Source: Eubacteriales bacterium (GTDB lineage Bacteria; Bacillota; Clostridia; Oscillospirales; CAG-272). Taken from it: a stretch of DNA of 64,000 nt. Positions 1 through 9,839 of the stretch are shown here, one piece after another; positions within the stretch are counted from its first letter, which is position 1, and each line of letters opens with the position of its first letter. The stretch spans positions 4,680-68,679 of the forward strand of contig JAZQJB010000108.1 in assembly GCA_045541375.1 (NCBI GenBank). Reading direction: 5' to 3'. The translations under genes and the position numbers were made by a program. Under the pieces are notes generated by a model. The model saw only the letters and a list, made by a program, of their open reading frames with translations. It was not told the DNA's origin and did no database searches.

Positions 1-74
1 GTGTAATTCCGATCATCGAGAATAGAATTAAAATAATTATATCATATTTTCTATGATAATTCAACCGATGCGGC

Positions 75-103
75 TTGATTTTATTGAGCTTTTATGATAT
101 AAT
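75..103 (+). promoter_or_regulatory. sigma-A type promoter for the first lipoprotein gene
   Basis: TTGATT at 75-80, 17-nt spacer, TGaTATAAT at 95-103. AGGAGG at 117-122 lies 7 nt before ATG 130. Confidence 0.55.
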
Positions 104-129
104 GTTCGCAAAATTTAGGAGGAAAATTG

Positions 130-1437
130 ATGAAGAAATTTATAATATCGTTATTTGTCATTTTTGCGACGCTGCTACACTCCTGCACCCCAGTAGATGC
201 TGGAGAAAAAAACATATCGACCAATACCGATGCGGTGACAGAGGAGGAAAAAAAGATGCTGACAGTTGTTGCTGACGGCAAGACCGAGTTTGAGATAATA
301 CGTCCCGATGAAATGGACGGCATTAGATCGCATCTGTTTACGTCTTTTTATAAGGAATTTAACGAAAGATACTCTTGCGATATCGAAAGCAAGTCGGATA
401 TCCTTGCATTGGTTTATAAGGTCGATCCAAATGCAAATGAAATTCTCCTTGGAGACACCAACAGGGATGCATCTGCTGTCCTTAAAGAAAAACTCACCAC
501 AGCCGGTGGAAACCGATTTGGCATTATGGCGACGGATTGCAAGATAGTCATCAACGGAACAGGTTGGTATCAATGCTACCTTGCTCTTGATTATTTTTTT
601 AATAATTTTGCATCCGTTGATGAAAGCGGACAAGTTACAGTTTCGGTCGAGTGCGGATTTGAGTATATTTCAGAGCAATGCGATGATGTAGAATATACCA
701 TCGAAGAGCTTATATCGAGCGGAAAAGAAATCGCCTTTGCCGCAACAGAAAAGGTTTTGAAGTTCCAGAATAAAAACGGTGCCGGTACCGTTCAAGGTGG
801 CTGCACCGACGGAAAATACGTTTACGCAGGTATGATGGGGAAGGGCGAGGACGGAGTAGAGTTTGGAGTTATCTCCAAATACGATCTGTCAACGGGCGAG
901 TTGATCAAATATTCCGAAAGGCTTCCCCTATTTCATACAAATGATCTGACGTATGACGCGAAGAATAACAGGATAGTCATAGCGACGCTTGACGCCGGCT
1001 GGACTCGTCTTTCCTTTGTTGATGCCGATACGCTTGAATATCAAGGGGACTTTATTGCGCCTGTAGGTATCCGAGGACTTGAGTATCTGCCCGAAACGAA
1101 TCAGTATGTCGCTGCGGGCTTCGATATTGAGATCATGCTTCTTGACGAGAATTTCAACAAGCTATCCTCGCATATCTGTAAGGATCAGACTCTTATGACG
1201 CAGGGGCTTTATTCGGACGGCAAGTATGTTTACGATCCGCGTTATCTTGAGGGCAGAGCGGTACACCTGATGGTTGTCGAGGATATGGACGGAAATCTTA
1301 TTTCAAGTGCAAGTATTTTCGGACTTTCGACAGCAGAACCCGAGCACATGTACCGCTTGAACGGTGATCTGTATATCGGCTGTAACCACTCCGGATGGCT
1401 GTTCAAGATTGAAGTGATACCGCAGAATTGGTGGTAA
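130..1437 (+). CDS. secreted lipoprotein, function unknown (N-terminal shared module plus beta-propeller-like C-terminal region)
   Basis: Long ORF with a strong RBS. Signal peptide with lipobox LLHSC. No catalytic motif recognised. The N-terminal module resembles those of the lipoproteins at 19822 and 31406. Confidence 0.6.
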   Translation: MKKFIISLFVIFATLLHSCTPVDAGEKNISTNTDAVTEEEKKMLTVVADGKTEFEIIRPDEMDGIRSHLFTSFYKEFNERYSCDIESKSDILALVYKVDPNANEILLGDTNRDASAVLKEKLTTAGGNRFGIMATDCKIVINGTGWYQCYLALDYFFNNFASVDESGQVTVSVECGFEYISEQCDDVEYTIEELISSGKEIAFAATEKVLKFQNKNGAGTVQGGCTDGKYVYAGMMGKGEDGVEFGVISKYDLSTGELIKYSERLPLFHTNDLTYDAKNNRIVIATLDAGWTRLSFVDADTLEYQGDFIAPVGIRGLEYLPETNQYVAAGFDIEIMLLDENFNKLSSHICKDQTLMTQGLYSDGKYVYDPRYLEGRAVHLMVVEDMDGNLISSASIFGLSTAEPEHMYRLNGDLYIGCNHSGWLFKIEVIPQNWW

Positions 1438-1444
1438 GAAGAAA

Positions 1445-1475
1445 CCCGACACATCAAAAGTGTGCCGGGTTTTTT
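1445..1475. terminator. bidirectional hairpin terminator between convergent genes
   Basis: CCCGACACA / TGTGCCGGG stem followed by a T-run on the + strand, sitting between stop codons at 1437 and 1477. Confidence 0.6.
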
Positions 1476-1476
1476 A

Positions 1477-3651
1477 TTATCTGCGTTTTTTGATTATGAT
1501 TGCTTCAAGTGCAAAGAGCCCGAACAATGCGATCGGTGATGTTATTGCACCGCATCCTCCGGAGTTTGCGGGTTCGGTCGCCTCGGGAGCCGTTGTCATC
1601 TCGGGTGCGGGAGTAACTGCGGGCTCGGTTGCTTCGGGGGTGTCGAGGGATGTTGTAACCTCTGCTTCTGTTGTCGTTTCGGCGGTTTCTGTCTGTGTGT
1701 AGCTTACGAGGAACTGTGCCGAGGATACCCACTCGCCCGTTACGAAGTTTCTGCCGAGAACCGCGATCTTATCCTTATAAATGCGGATATAGTAACCCTC
1801 GCTGCCCGTCTGATGCTCACCGGTAACGATGTCGTATGAGTGCCAGAGATATGCCACCGACGAGGTGTTGAAGATCTTCGCGTTCTTGCCCTCGTACATA
1901 CAGTTGTCGGAATCGAGGATCCAGTGTGTATGACCGTTGAAGAACATGACCTCGGGATATTTGTCGATAACTGTCTTGAGCTGTGCGTAATTGGTGATTC
2001 CGCTCCATCCCTCTGCCTGGCTGCTGCCCGATGTGGTATTCAGCATCGGCTGATGATGGAAGATGAATATCGGTCTGCCGTCGCGGTTTTCATTGATCTT
2101 TTCCTCGAGCCATTGGAGCTGTGTCTGTGTCAGACGCGAGGCGCCCGTGTTTTCGGAGGCGAGGAAGATATAATGGTAGCCGTTTACCCAAACGTCGTAG
2201 TAGGGCTTATCGAAGGTGTTTCCGTCGGGGAAGTTAAGGTTTTCGAGGAACTGCTTGAGTCCCGCGTCATAGTTCGTTCCTATATATTCGTGGTTGCCGA
2301 TACCAAGATAGATGGGAGGAGCATCTTTTACGGAATCGTAATGTTTTTTGAAATATGTCCAATAAGAAGGTTCATCTCCGCGGTCAACATTGTCACCAAC
2401 GGTAAAGATACCGACGGAATTCGGACTGTTCTTGACAACGTCATTCAGCATACCGATGAAGTGCTTGCTGTATTCGTTCGAGGAATCGCCCTTGATATGA
2501 ATGTCGCTGACGATCTGGAATTCGGAGATTACTTCGCCGAATCCCTTTGAAGCCGCACCTTCGGGGAGCTTGACTTCAACACATTTTTCCGAAAGACCGT
2601 TGCTGTCGTTATAAGTGTAAATGAGAAGTTTGGTCGCACCCTCCGGGATGATGGTGTTGGGGGTCATTTCGTGAACAACGGTGGTCCCCGTGACTTTGAA
2701 ACGTGCAAGGCGTGTGTAGCCCTCAAGCTTGCCCGCATCGTTTGCCCACCACATATAAATATCATCGGCGCAATGATCCTCGGGAAGGGTGATGGTCAGA
2801 GTGCCGTCAGCCATGCCGTCGGTTGCATTTTTGAGCTTGTAATCGGCAGAGAGGGGAGCTTTCGCGATCTTCGACGGGTCTTTCACAACCTTGATATCGA
2901 GCGAAGCGAGCGCGATACCGATGCCGTTTTTGCCCGTAAGATCATCCGGGATGATGTAAAGGGTGTATTCACCTTCGGGCAGACCGAAATAGTCGGACAT
3001 CGAAGAGCCGCTATGAGATGCGTGCTTGATGTTGAAGGTTTCGTTCTTAACGTCGGAAATATAATCCCAATAGATAGAAGGACCTACGTAACCCTTGGGG
3101 AAGATACCGATCCAGTCCTTGCCGCCCGAATTTTTGCTTCCTGCTATTACCCACACGGGCTCGCCGACGAAATATTCGGTCTTATCGGTGACGATGTAAG
3201 TATCCTTGTCGGGAGGAGTAAGCGTGGGAGTTTTTGTTTGATCAGAGATTACGGTTATATCGATCGATGCGAGCCTCTTGTCATAACCGGATTTGACACT
3301 GTGATCGTCGGGAATGATAAAAACGGTATATTCACCTGCAGGAAGTGAATACAGATTTTCACGGTTTTTGCCGAGTCTGGTTGCTGTACGGATATCGAAA
3401 TCCGCTCCGATCTCTGTAAGGTAGTTCCAACGGATCGAAGCACCCGTTGTATCTCCCTTGACGGTGATACCCACCCAGTCCTTGCCCGAAGCATTCGTGC
3501 TTTTTGCGTTGACGATGATGGGCTCACCTTCATAATAAGTCGTTTTGTCGGTCGTAAGCGTAGCCGCGCTGTCTGCCGATACCGGAAGAATGGCAGAAAG
3601 AGCCGTTAAAGCGATTGCTGTGAGCAGAGTGATTGCTGTGAACTTTTTCAT
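1477..3651 (-). CDS. secreted calcineurin-like metallophosphoesterase with two N-terminal ~115-aa repeat domains and a C-terminal hydrophobic anchor
   Basis: 724-aa ORF with a signal peptide. Metallophosphoesterase motifs GDNVDRGD, GNHE, HHQP and GHTH. T/E/P-rich linker, then SGGCGA, a hydrophobic helix and KKRR at the C-terminus. Confidence 0.8.
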   Translation of the reverse strand: MKKFTAITLLTAIALTALSAILPVSADSAATLTTDKTTYYEGEPIIVNAKSTNASGKDWVGITVKGDTTGASIRWNYLTEIGADFDIRTATRLGKNRENLYSLPAGEYTVFIIPDDHSVKSGYDKRLASIDITVISDQTKTPTLTPPDKDTYIVTDKTEYFVGEPVWVIAGSKNSGGKDWIGIFPKGYVGPSIYWDYISDVKNETFNIKHASHSGSSMSDYFGLPEGEYTLYIIPDDLTGKNGIGIALASLDIKVVKDPSKIAKAPLSADYKLKNATDGMADGTLTITLPEDHCADDIYMWWANDAGKLEGYTRLARFKVTGTTVVHEMTPNTIIPEGATKLLIYTYNDSNGLSEKCVEVKLPEGAASKGFGEVISEFQIVSDIHIKGDSSNEYSKHFIGMLNDVVKNSPNSVGIFTVGDNVDRGDEPSYWTYFKKHYDSVKDAPPIYLGIGNHEYIGTNYDAGLKQFLENLNFPDGNTFDKPYYDVWVNGYHYIFLASENTGASRLTQTQLQWLEEKINENRDGRPIFIFHHQPMLNTTSGSSQAEGWSGITNYAQLKTVIDKYPEVMFFNGHTHWILDSDNCMYEGKNAKIFNTSSVAYLWHSYDIVTGEHQTGSEGYYIRIYKDKIAVLGRNFVTGEWVSSAQFLVSYTQTETAETTTEAEVTTSLDTPEATEPAVTPAPEMTTAPEATEPANSGGCGAITSPIALFGLFALEAIIIKKRR

Positions 3652-3688
3652 GTCTTTTCTCCTTGCTGTGTTTATTTTGAATTGAATT

Positions 3689-4165
3689 TCAAGACTCTTT
3701 GATCCGTTTTCCCGTTATATGCTCGGGTACGAGCTCAAGGCAAAGGGTGTTTTTGCCGAAAGATGCTATCTCTTTTTCAATATATTCGCTGTCGTCGGTG
3801 AATTTGAAGCTTAATTTGCGGCAAATATCCATTGCTTTGTCGAAGTCCTCAACGATTTGAATCCTTCCGAAAACGATGATGCTTTTTATATTCAGAGCCC
3901 AATCTCCGTCGTTGCGATAACCGCTGTCATAAACGCAGAAGGAAGCCTTGTTGCACGCTCGGAGAGCATCGACCTTGTGCCCCGACTTGCCGCTGTGGAA
4001 GTATATGTGCCCGTCATCTTCGTTATAGTAATAATTGATCGGAACACCATAAGGGTATCCGTCGTCGCCGATCAAGGAAAGCACGCCGCGAGGCTCGTTT
4101 TTCAGTATTTCTTTACATTCATCAAGCGTGAGAGCTTGCTTTTTTCTTACTATTTCTCTGAACAT
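3689..4165 (-). CDS. pyridoxamine 5'-phosphate oxidase family FMN-binding protein (NimA-like)
   Basis: 158 aa. The N-terminal pattern (LTLDECKEIL...GVLSLIGDDGYPYGVPINYYY) and size are typical of the PNPOx-like split-barrel family. Confidence 0.65.
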   Translation of the reverse strand: MFREIVRKKQALTLDECKEILKNEPRGVLSLIGDDGYPYGVPINYYYNEDDGHIYFHSGKSGHKVDALRACNKASFCVYDSGYRNDGDWALNIKSIIVFGRIQIVEDFDKAMDICRKLSFKFTDDSEYIEKEIASFGKNTLCLELVPEHITGKRIKES

Positions 4166-4252
4166 CTGCTTGACCCTTTCGATTTGTTAAGTTAATTATA
4201 CCATATCAAAAGAAAAAAATCCACACAATCGAAAAATTTTTTTATTTCGCTA

Positions 4253-4281
4253 TTGAAATTTTTATTATGATAAGGTATAAT
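4253..4281 (+). promoter_or_regulatory. sigma-A type promoter for fucO-like gene
   Basis: TTGAAA at 4253-4258, 17-nt spacer, TATAAT at 4276-4281. GGAGG lies upstream of ATG 4344. Confidence 0.5.
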
Positions 4282-4343
4282 TAATTCAACGGGCAGAATT
4301 GATCCCGAATAAATTAGGTAAAATATTACCGGAGGTACTTAAA

Positions 4344-5486
4344 ATGGCAAATCGTTTCGTATCCAACGCAATATCATATCACGGCAAGGGCGCGATCCTC
4401 GAGATCCCCGCAATCGTTGCAGCCAAAGGCTTCAAAAAGGCTTTCGTAGCTTCCGACCCCGATCTTGTTAAGTTCGGTGTAACAAAGAAGGTCACCGATA
4501 TCCTTGATAAGGAAGGAATGGCTTACGAGATCTATTCCGACATCAAGCCCAATCCTACCATTGAAAATGTAAAGAACGGTGTTGAGGCATATAAGGCTTC
4601 GGGCGCTGACTACATGATCGCCATCGGCGGCGGGTCTTCGATGGACACCGCAAAGGCTATCGGTATCATTATCAACAACCCCGAGTTCGCTGATGTTCGT
4701 TCTCTCGAGGGCGTTGCACCCACCAAGAACCGCACCGTTTACACCATCGCAGTTCCCACCACAGCGGGTACCGCTGCAGAGGCTACCATTAACTACGTTA
4801 TCACCGACGTTGAGCGCAAGAGAAAGTTCGTTTGTGTTGACGTAAACGACATTCCCGACATCGCAGTTGTTGACCCCGATATGATGTCCACAATGCCCAA
4901 GGGACTCACCGCCGCAACGGGTATGGACGCTCTCACACACGCAATTGAAGGTTACACCACCAAGGCAGCATGGGATCTTCCCGATTGCCTCAACCTTGAA
5001 GCTATCCGCCTCATCGCAAAGAGCCTGCGCGGAGCAGTCAACAACGATCCCGAAGGACGTGAGGGAATGGCTCTCGGTCAGTTCGTAACAGGTATGGCAT
5101 TCTCGAACGTAGGTCTCGGAATCGCTCACTCGGTAGCGCACACTCTCGGCGCGGTTTACGACACTCCCCACGGCGTTGCATGTGCTATAATGCTTCCCAT
5201 CGTTATGGAGTATAACGCAGAATGCACCGGCGAGAAGCTTAAGGCAGTTGCCGAGGCTATGGGTGTTGACACCACCGGAATGAGCCAGGCTGAATACCGC
5301 AAGGCAGCCGTTGACGCAGTTCGTCAGCTCTCGGTTGACGTCGGAATCCCCACAAAGCTTGAAGCACTCAAGGAAGAGGACCTCGACTTCCTCGCAGAGT
5401 CCGCGTATGCAGACGCTTGCGCTCCCGGCAACCCCAAGGCTGCTTCGGTTGAGGATATCAAGGGACTTATCAGAAAGCTTATGTAA
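4344..5486 (+). CDS. fucO: iron-containing alcohol dehydrogenase, lactaldehyde reductase / 1,2-propanediol oxidoreductase type
   Basis: From MANRF, long stretches closely match my recollection of E. coli FucO (NNPEFADVRSLEG, PTTAGTAAE.TINYVITD, RKFVCVD, DALTHAIEGY, FSNVGLG, TPHGVA). I chose ATG 4344 (RBS GGAGG) over the track start at 4299. Confidence 0.85.
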   Translation: MANRFVSNAISYHGKGAILEIPAIVAAKGFKKAFVASDPDLVKFGVTKKVTDILDKEGMAYEIYSDIKPNPTIENVKNGVEAYKASGADYMIAIGGGSSMDTAKAIGIIINNPEFADVRSLEGVAPTKNRTVYTIAVPTTAGTAAEATINYVITDVERKRKFVCVDVNDIPDIAVVDPDMMSTMPKGLTAATGMDALTHAIEGYTTKAAWDLPDCLNLEAIRLIAKSLRGAVNNDPEGREGMALGQFVTGMAFSNVGLGIAHSVAHTLGAVYDTPHGVACAIMLPIVMEYNAECTGEKLKAVAEAMGVDTTGMSQAEYRKAAVDAVRQLSVDVGIPTKLEALKEEDLDFLAESAYADACAPGNPKAASVEDIKGLIRKLM

Positions 5487-5501
5487 TTATTACCGTGTAT
5501 C

Positions 5502-5531
5502 AAAAGCCTCGATCTTCGGATCGAGGCTTTT
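5502..5531. terminator. bidirectional rho-independent terminator
   Basis: GCCTCGATC-ttcg-GATCGAGGC stem flanked by an A-run and a T-run, between convergent stops at 5486 and 5536. Confidence 0.7.
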
Positions 5532-5535
5532 GCGT

Positions 5536-6375
5536 TCAAATGATATTTTTCAGTTTCTCCGCCGCGTCCGTGAAAGCGGTCTTGGCGTCGGGATATTTAT
5601 ATGGATTCTCGAAAGAACGTCCGACGAGGGCGTTTAGTCCCGAAAACAGCTCAAGGTGCGGTTCGAGCGACACGAAGAAGTCGCAGTCCGCGTCTTTTTT
5701 ATGTTCCGCGAGTATCTCCGCAATCTTTGCCTCGCCGCATCCGGGAGGTACGATAGCGCCCGCCGAGAGGGCGTCCTTGATATGGAAATATGCGATCCTG
5801 TCTTTGAGCAGTCTATATGCCTCGGGATATGGATCAACGCCTTCAAGGACGAAATTTCCCATATCATAAACGCAGGCAAGATCGGGGAAAGCATCAAGCA
5901 ATTCGCGGCAACGCGCGGGAATGTCGCCATAGATCTTCGCCTCGTTCTCGTGACAGAGAACAACTCCGTATTCTTTTGCAGCCTCAAGAAGTCTGCCGAG
6001 AGCAGAGAAGGCTTCGTCCTTCATTTCGACGATATTTCTGCCCGCGGGTGCGTAGAAGCTGAATACTCTGACAAACTTTGCGCCGAGGATATTTGCATAT
6101 TCAAAGATTCTTTTTGCCGTTTCAATATGACTGTCAATATCTCCGTCAAGCTTGATCTTGCCAAGTGGAGAACCAATCGCGGAGACTTTGATGCCGTATT
6201 TGTCAAGAAGCTCTTTGACTTCAAGAACTTCCGTCTTGGTCAGAACAGAAATATTCTTCTTGTTGACGTGGCGGATTTCAATATGAGATATTCCGAGCTT
6301 GCAAAGCCCCACGAGTTGTTCTTCGAAGGAATCCGCATATTCATCGGCGAATGCCGAAAGTATGATATTTGCCAT
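5536..6375 (-). CDS. sugar phosphate isomerase/epimerase (xylose isomerase-like TIM barrel)
   Basis: 279-aa ORF. Pattern typical of the AP_endonuc_2/TIM-barrel family (HIEIR..., CHENE, SLEPH). Tightly packed with the downstream oxidoreductases. Confidence 0.7.
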   Translation of the reverse strand: MANIILSAFADEYADSFEEQLVGLCKLGISHIEIRHVNKKNISVLTKTEVLEVKELLDKYGIKVSAIGSPLGKIKLDGDIDSHIETAKRIFEYANILGAKFVRVFSFYAPAGRNIVEMKDEAFSALGRLLEAAKEYGVVLCHENEAKIYGDIPARCRELLDAFPDLACVYDMGNFVLEGVDPYPEAYRLLKDRIAYFHIKDALSAGAIVPPGCGEAKIAEILAEHKKDADCDFFVSLEPHLELFSGLNALVGRSFENPYKYPDAKTAFTDAAEKLKNII

Positions 6376-6377
6376 AT

Positions 6378-7253
6378 TTACACCTTGATTTCGGGAAGTT
6401 CTTCCTCTTTTCCGCTTTCAAGCGAGCGCATAATAGCGTTCATAATGAAAACGGGAGAGATGAATTCCTCGTGCGTGCAGGTCTGCTCGCCGCCGTTCAG
6501 GATCTCGGCAAATTCCTTGAATTCGCGGTAATACCAATCGGTAGTCGTGGGAATCTCAAAGGATTTGGATGACTTTTCCGCCATTCTTGCGGCGTAATAA
6601 ACGTAAGAGCCGTCGCAGAAAAGCCCGACGCAATCGTAATTATCGTAATGGAAAAGCACGTTTATCGTCTTGCCGTTTTTCTTTGCCTCAACCGATTTCG
6701 GGAATCTGCCGAATATCTCGCAGACCATCTCGACAAGGTGCTGAGCGTAGAAATAGAATCCGCCGTAGGCATTTTCTGCCTGATATGGCGCGCGAACGAA
6801 ACCGCCGAGAGTTTTGCCGCCTGCCTCTGCAAGTGCATCTGCTTTCAGCTCGGAAACGTAAACATCTTGCTTGAGTGATGAACCGCCCGAGATCCTTGTG
6901 CCGCGTGCTTTGAGCTCACGCATAAACTCGACTGCCTCGTCCTCGCAGACCGTGATCGGTTTGTCGATGAACATCGGAATACCGCTTGCGATATAGGGCT
7001 TTGCGAATTTATAATGATCTCCGCCGTGGCGCGCGGTGATGATAAGACCGTCGATCTTGCCGACTGCGGAATCATAATTATCAAGAACCGGTACGCCGAA
7101 AGTGTCGCGAAGCTTCTCCGAAGCCGCCGAGTCAACGCTGTAAACGCCGATGCATTCGATGTCGGAGAATTCTTCCTTTTCCTTGATAAACTTCAAAAAC
7201 GCATTGGCGTGCGAATTTTCACAACCGAGAATAGCTATCTTTTTCATTTTCAT
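6378..7253 (-). CDS. Gfo/Idh/MocA family oxidoreductase
   Basis: N-terminal Rossmann motif KIAILGCENSHA. The start is ambiguous among three ATGs (7259, 7253, 7247). I chose 7253 from its spacing to AAGGAG. Confidence 0.7.
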   Translation of the reverse strand: MKMKKIAILGCENSHANAFLKFIKEKEEFSDIECIGVYSVDSAASEKLRDTFGVPVLDNYDSAVGKIDGLIITARHGGDHYKFAKPYIASGIPMFIDKPITVCEDEAVEFMRELKARGTRISGGSSLKQDVYVSELKADALAEAGGKTLGGFVRAPYQAENAYGGFYFYAQHLVEMVCEIFGRFPKSVEAKKNGKTINVLFHYDNYDCVGLFCDGSYVYYAARMAEKSSKSFEIPTTTDWYYREFKEFAEILNGGEQTCTHEEFISPVFIMNAIMRSLESGKEEELPEIKV

Positions 7254-7264
7254 TGTCATTCTCC

Positions 7265-8335
7265 TTAAAACTTGAGGGGAAGGGGATTGTCCGCGTGAAC
7301 TTTTTCGATAACTCCTACAACTGCCGCAGCCATTTCGGGAGTAACGGTCATCGGCTTGCCCTCGGTGATCTTGTAGTAGAGCTGTTCATAGAGAGTAGCG
7401 GTTCCGACGTCGAAAGCAGTGCCCGTGAACTTGCCCTCTTCGGTGTGCTTAACGAGCTTTTCCGAGCAGTAGATAGGTTCACCCGCATCGTTCTTAATGA
7501 AGGTCTCGGAAACGGTCTTTTCGGGATTCTCACCGTCAACGATATATGTCATTTCATAAGCCGCGGGAGTGCACTTGAAGCATCCGCGTGTGCCGAGGAT
7601 CTTGACGTTATAGTTTGAGAAAGCGTCGATAGATGTGACTTCGATATCAACGAGAGGCTTATTGGGTGTATCAATGATGATCTTCGCGAAGTCATCCGAG
7701 TCGCCGAAGGTCAGCGCGGTGCCGAGCTTGCTGTAAACAACGCGCGCGTTTTCGTCGAAATCAAGGAATCCGAGTGCAAGACCGATCGGGTGGGGTCCCG
7801 TGTTGTAAACACCGCCCGCGCACTTCTTCTGCAGAGTCTGCCAGTCCCAACGGCGGGCAAAATTGTTGTAACGGATGCTGATCTGCTTGATCTCGCCGAG
7901 CTTGCCCGACTTTGCAAGATCGTAGGCAAATGGATAGAAGGGAGCAAGGAAGGTCTGCTGGAATACCGCGAGGGTCAGCCCCTTGTCCTCCGCGATCTTG
8001 ATAAGCTCGTCGCATTCGTAGCGCGAGCGTGCAAAGGGCTTCTCAACAAGCACGTTGAAGCCGTGAAGCAGAAGATCCTTCGTGATAGGATAGTGCATTT
8101 CTGAATAGGTGGAATTGACAACAAGGTCGATGTCGTCGAGAGCAAAAAGCTCGCGGTAGTCCGCAAATGTCTTACAACCGGGATAGATCTCCTCGGCTAC
8201 CGAGCGGCGGAATTCGTCCGCGTCAACAACGTATTTTACGTCGTAATAAAGATTGCTTTCACTGCGGTAATACTTTCCATGAATGTTTTTACCGCTTCTG
8301 CCTTGACCGATAATTGCGAGATTGAGTTTTTTCAT
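7265..8335 (-). CDS. Gfo/Idh/MocA family oxidoreductase
   Basis: 356 aa. N-terminal LNLAIIGQGRSG Rossmann motif and EKP motif (VLVEKPFA). Confidence 0.75.
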   Translation of the reverse strand: MKKLNLAIIGQGRSGKNIHGKYYRSESNLYYDVKYVVDADEFRRSVAEEIYPGCKTFADYRELFALDDIDLVVNSTYSEMHYPITKDLLLHGFNVLVEKPFARSRYECDELIKIAEDKGLTLAVFQQTFLAPFYPFAYDLAKSGKLGEIKQISIRYNNFARRWDWQTLQKKCAGGVYNTGPHPIGLALGFLDFDENARVVYSKLGTALTFGDSDDFAKIIIDTPNKPLVDIEVTSIDAFSNYNVKILGTRGCFKCTPAAYEMTYIVDGENPEKTVSETFIKNDAGEPIYCSEKLVKHTEEGKFTGTAFDVGTATLYEQLYYKITEGKPMTVTPEMAAAVVGVIEKVHADNPLPLKF

Positions 8336-8348
8336 AACCTTTTTCTCC

Positions 8349-8945
8349 TTAAAGTTTTAATCCTCTGTTAAATTTATTAACGAAATCTATATCGCGCGCG
8401 GTAAGCTCCACCCAAGCGGGTGCAAAGCCGCATTTGATCGCGTTACGCGCGGATTTGAGATTGCACCACGCGGTGCAATAAAAGGGTACTTTGTCGAGTT
8501 TGAGCACTTCAAGCGCGAGCTTGCTTGTAAGCGCCGAGGCGATGCCCTGCCTGCGATATTCGGGCAAAACGTCGATGCCGATCTGATACATATCCTCGCA
8601 GTCCGCCGAACATCCCGCAAGGCCAATGAGTTTACCGTTATCGTAAGCCCCTACACCGAGAACGTCCAGCTCTTTTCGCTTCTCGCAAAGAGCGTTGCCC
8701 CATTCGGGAAGATATAGTTCTGCGAAATCCTTTTGATGTAAAACCCGCATCTCATAAGGGCAAGGAAGCTCACGGATCTTGTTCACATCAGGCAGATAAT
8801 AGACCGCCGTGAAGCAGACCTTGAGGTGATAGGGAAGAAGCATCTCGTCAAGCACGTGCACGTTCGGGGTTTCAAAGGAATGCGCGACGATGCTTTCGAT
8901 CAGACTTTTGCCGATCTTACCGCCCCAAACTATGATGATCTTCAT
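8349..8945 (-). CDS. GNAT family N-acetyltransferase
   Basis: Acetyl-CoA binding motif region IDVLPEYRRQGIASALT in a 198-aa ORF. Confidence 0.65.
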   Translation of the reverse strand: MKIIIVWGGKIGKSLIESIVAHSFETPNVHVLDEMLLPYHLKVCFTAVYYLPDVNKIRELPCPYEMRVLHQKDFAELYLPEWGNALCEKRKELDVLGVGAYDNGKLIGLAGCSADCEDMYQIGIDVLPEYRRQGIASALTSKLALEVLKLDKVPFYCTAWCNLKSARNAIKCGFAPAWVELTARDIDFVNKFNRGLKL

Positions 8946-8972
8946 TTTTTTCTTATTCCGCTTAGGGAACGA

Positions 8973-9839
8973 TCAAGCAAATCTTTCGAACCACAAAAGC
9001 AGTTCTTTTTTCATTGTATCAACGACCTTGTGTGCAACACCGTCGAGGATGTGAAGCTCGGCGTAGCATCCCGCGCGGCGGATCGAATCGTAATATTCAC
9101 GTGAAAGCACGGGATCGACCGTCTTGTCATTTGCTCCTTGCCATATCTTCACGGGGCAGGGCGGTATAACCGCGCGTTCACCGTCTGCATTCACAAATGA
9201 CCGTGTGCGGTACGGCTCGAACCCCGACATATTATCGACGCAGAAGTCTTCTGTGGGAAAACGGAAGCATTGAGCTATGGGCTTGCGGTATCGGTGACCG
9301 TCCGCCCATTCTCTGTCCCACGGATTTCTGCTGACGTGATCACCGATCTGTACGCCGTGAAAACTGAGCCCGGGGTTCATAACGCCAAGCGCGATCGTGA
9401 GAGAGGGGAAGGTGCTTGCAAAATTGATCGCAGTTCCGCCGCCCATCGAATGACCTGCCATGAACACTCTTTCGGAAAGATTATAATTCTTGATGGCAAA
9501 GCGATATGCCTTGTAGAGCGCAAAAACGTGTTCGGGACAGCCAAAGGTAAGGCCGTGCGGCGCGCTTCCGCTGATATCGAGTGCGGCAAAACCCGCGCGT
9601 ATGCATTCGGAGGCATATGATAATCCGCCCGTCTTGCCGTCGGCTTCACAAACTGTACTTCCCGCACCGTGGCAGGAAAGGATCAGAGGCGTCGGATCAC
9701 CGCTGCTTGAATAGGAATCGGGAAGGCAGAGAACGGCTTCGCATTCCGCCCATTCTTCGCGGTCGAGCACTTCATTTGCCGTTGACCCCGAGATCTCACG
9801 GAAATTGTTGAATTTAACTTTGAAAAATATCTTTTCCAT
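8973..9839 (-). CDS. alpha/beta hydrolase (esterase/peptidase S9-like)
   Basis: Nucleophile elbow GHSMGG. Start moved to ATG 9839, which overlaps the upstream stop as TAATG. Confidence 0.65.
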   Translation of the reverse strand: MEKIFFKVKFNNFREISGSTANEVLDREEWAECEAVLCLPDSYSSSGDPTPLILSCHGAGSTVCEADGKTGGLSYASECIRAGFAALDISGSAPHGLTFGCPEHVFALYKAYRFAIKNYNLSERVFMAGHSMGGGTAINFASTFPSLTIALGVMNPGLSFHGVQIGDHVSRNPWDREWADGHRYRKPIAQCFRFPTEDFCVDNMSGFEPYRTRSFVNADGERAVIPPCPVKIWQGANDKTVDPVLSREYYDSIRRAGCYAELHILDGVAHKVVDTMKKELLLWFERFA

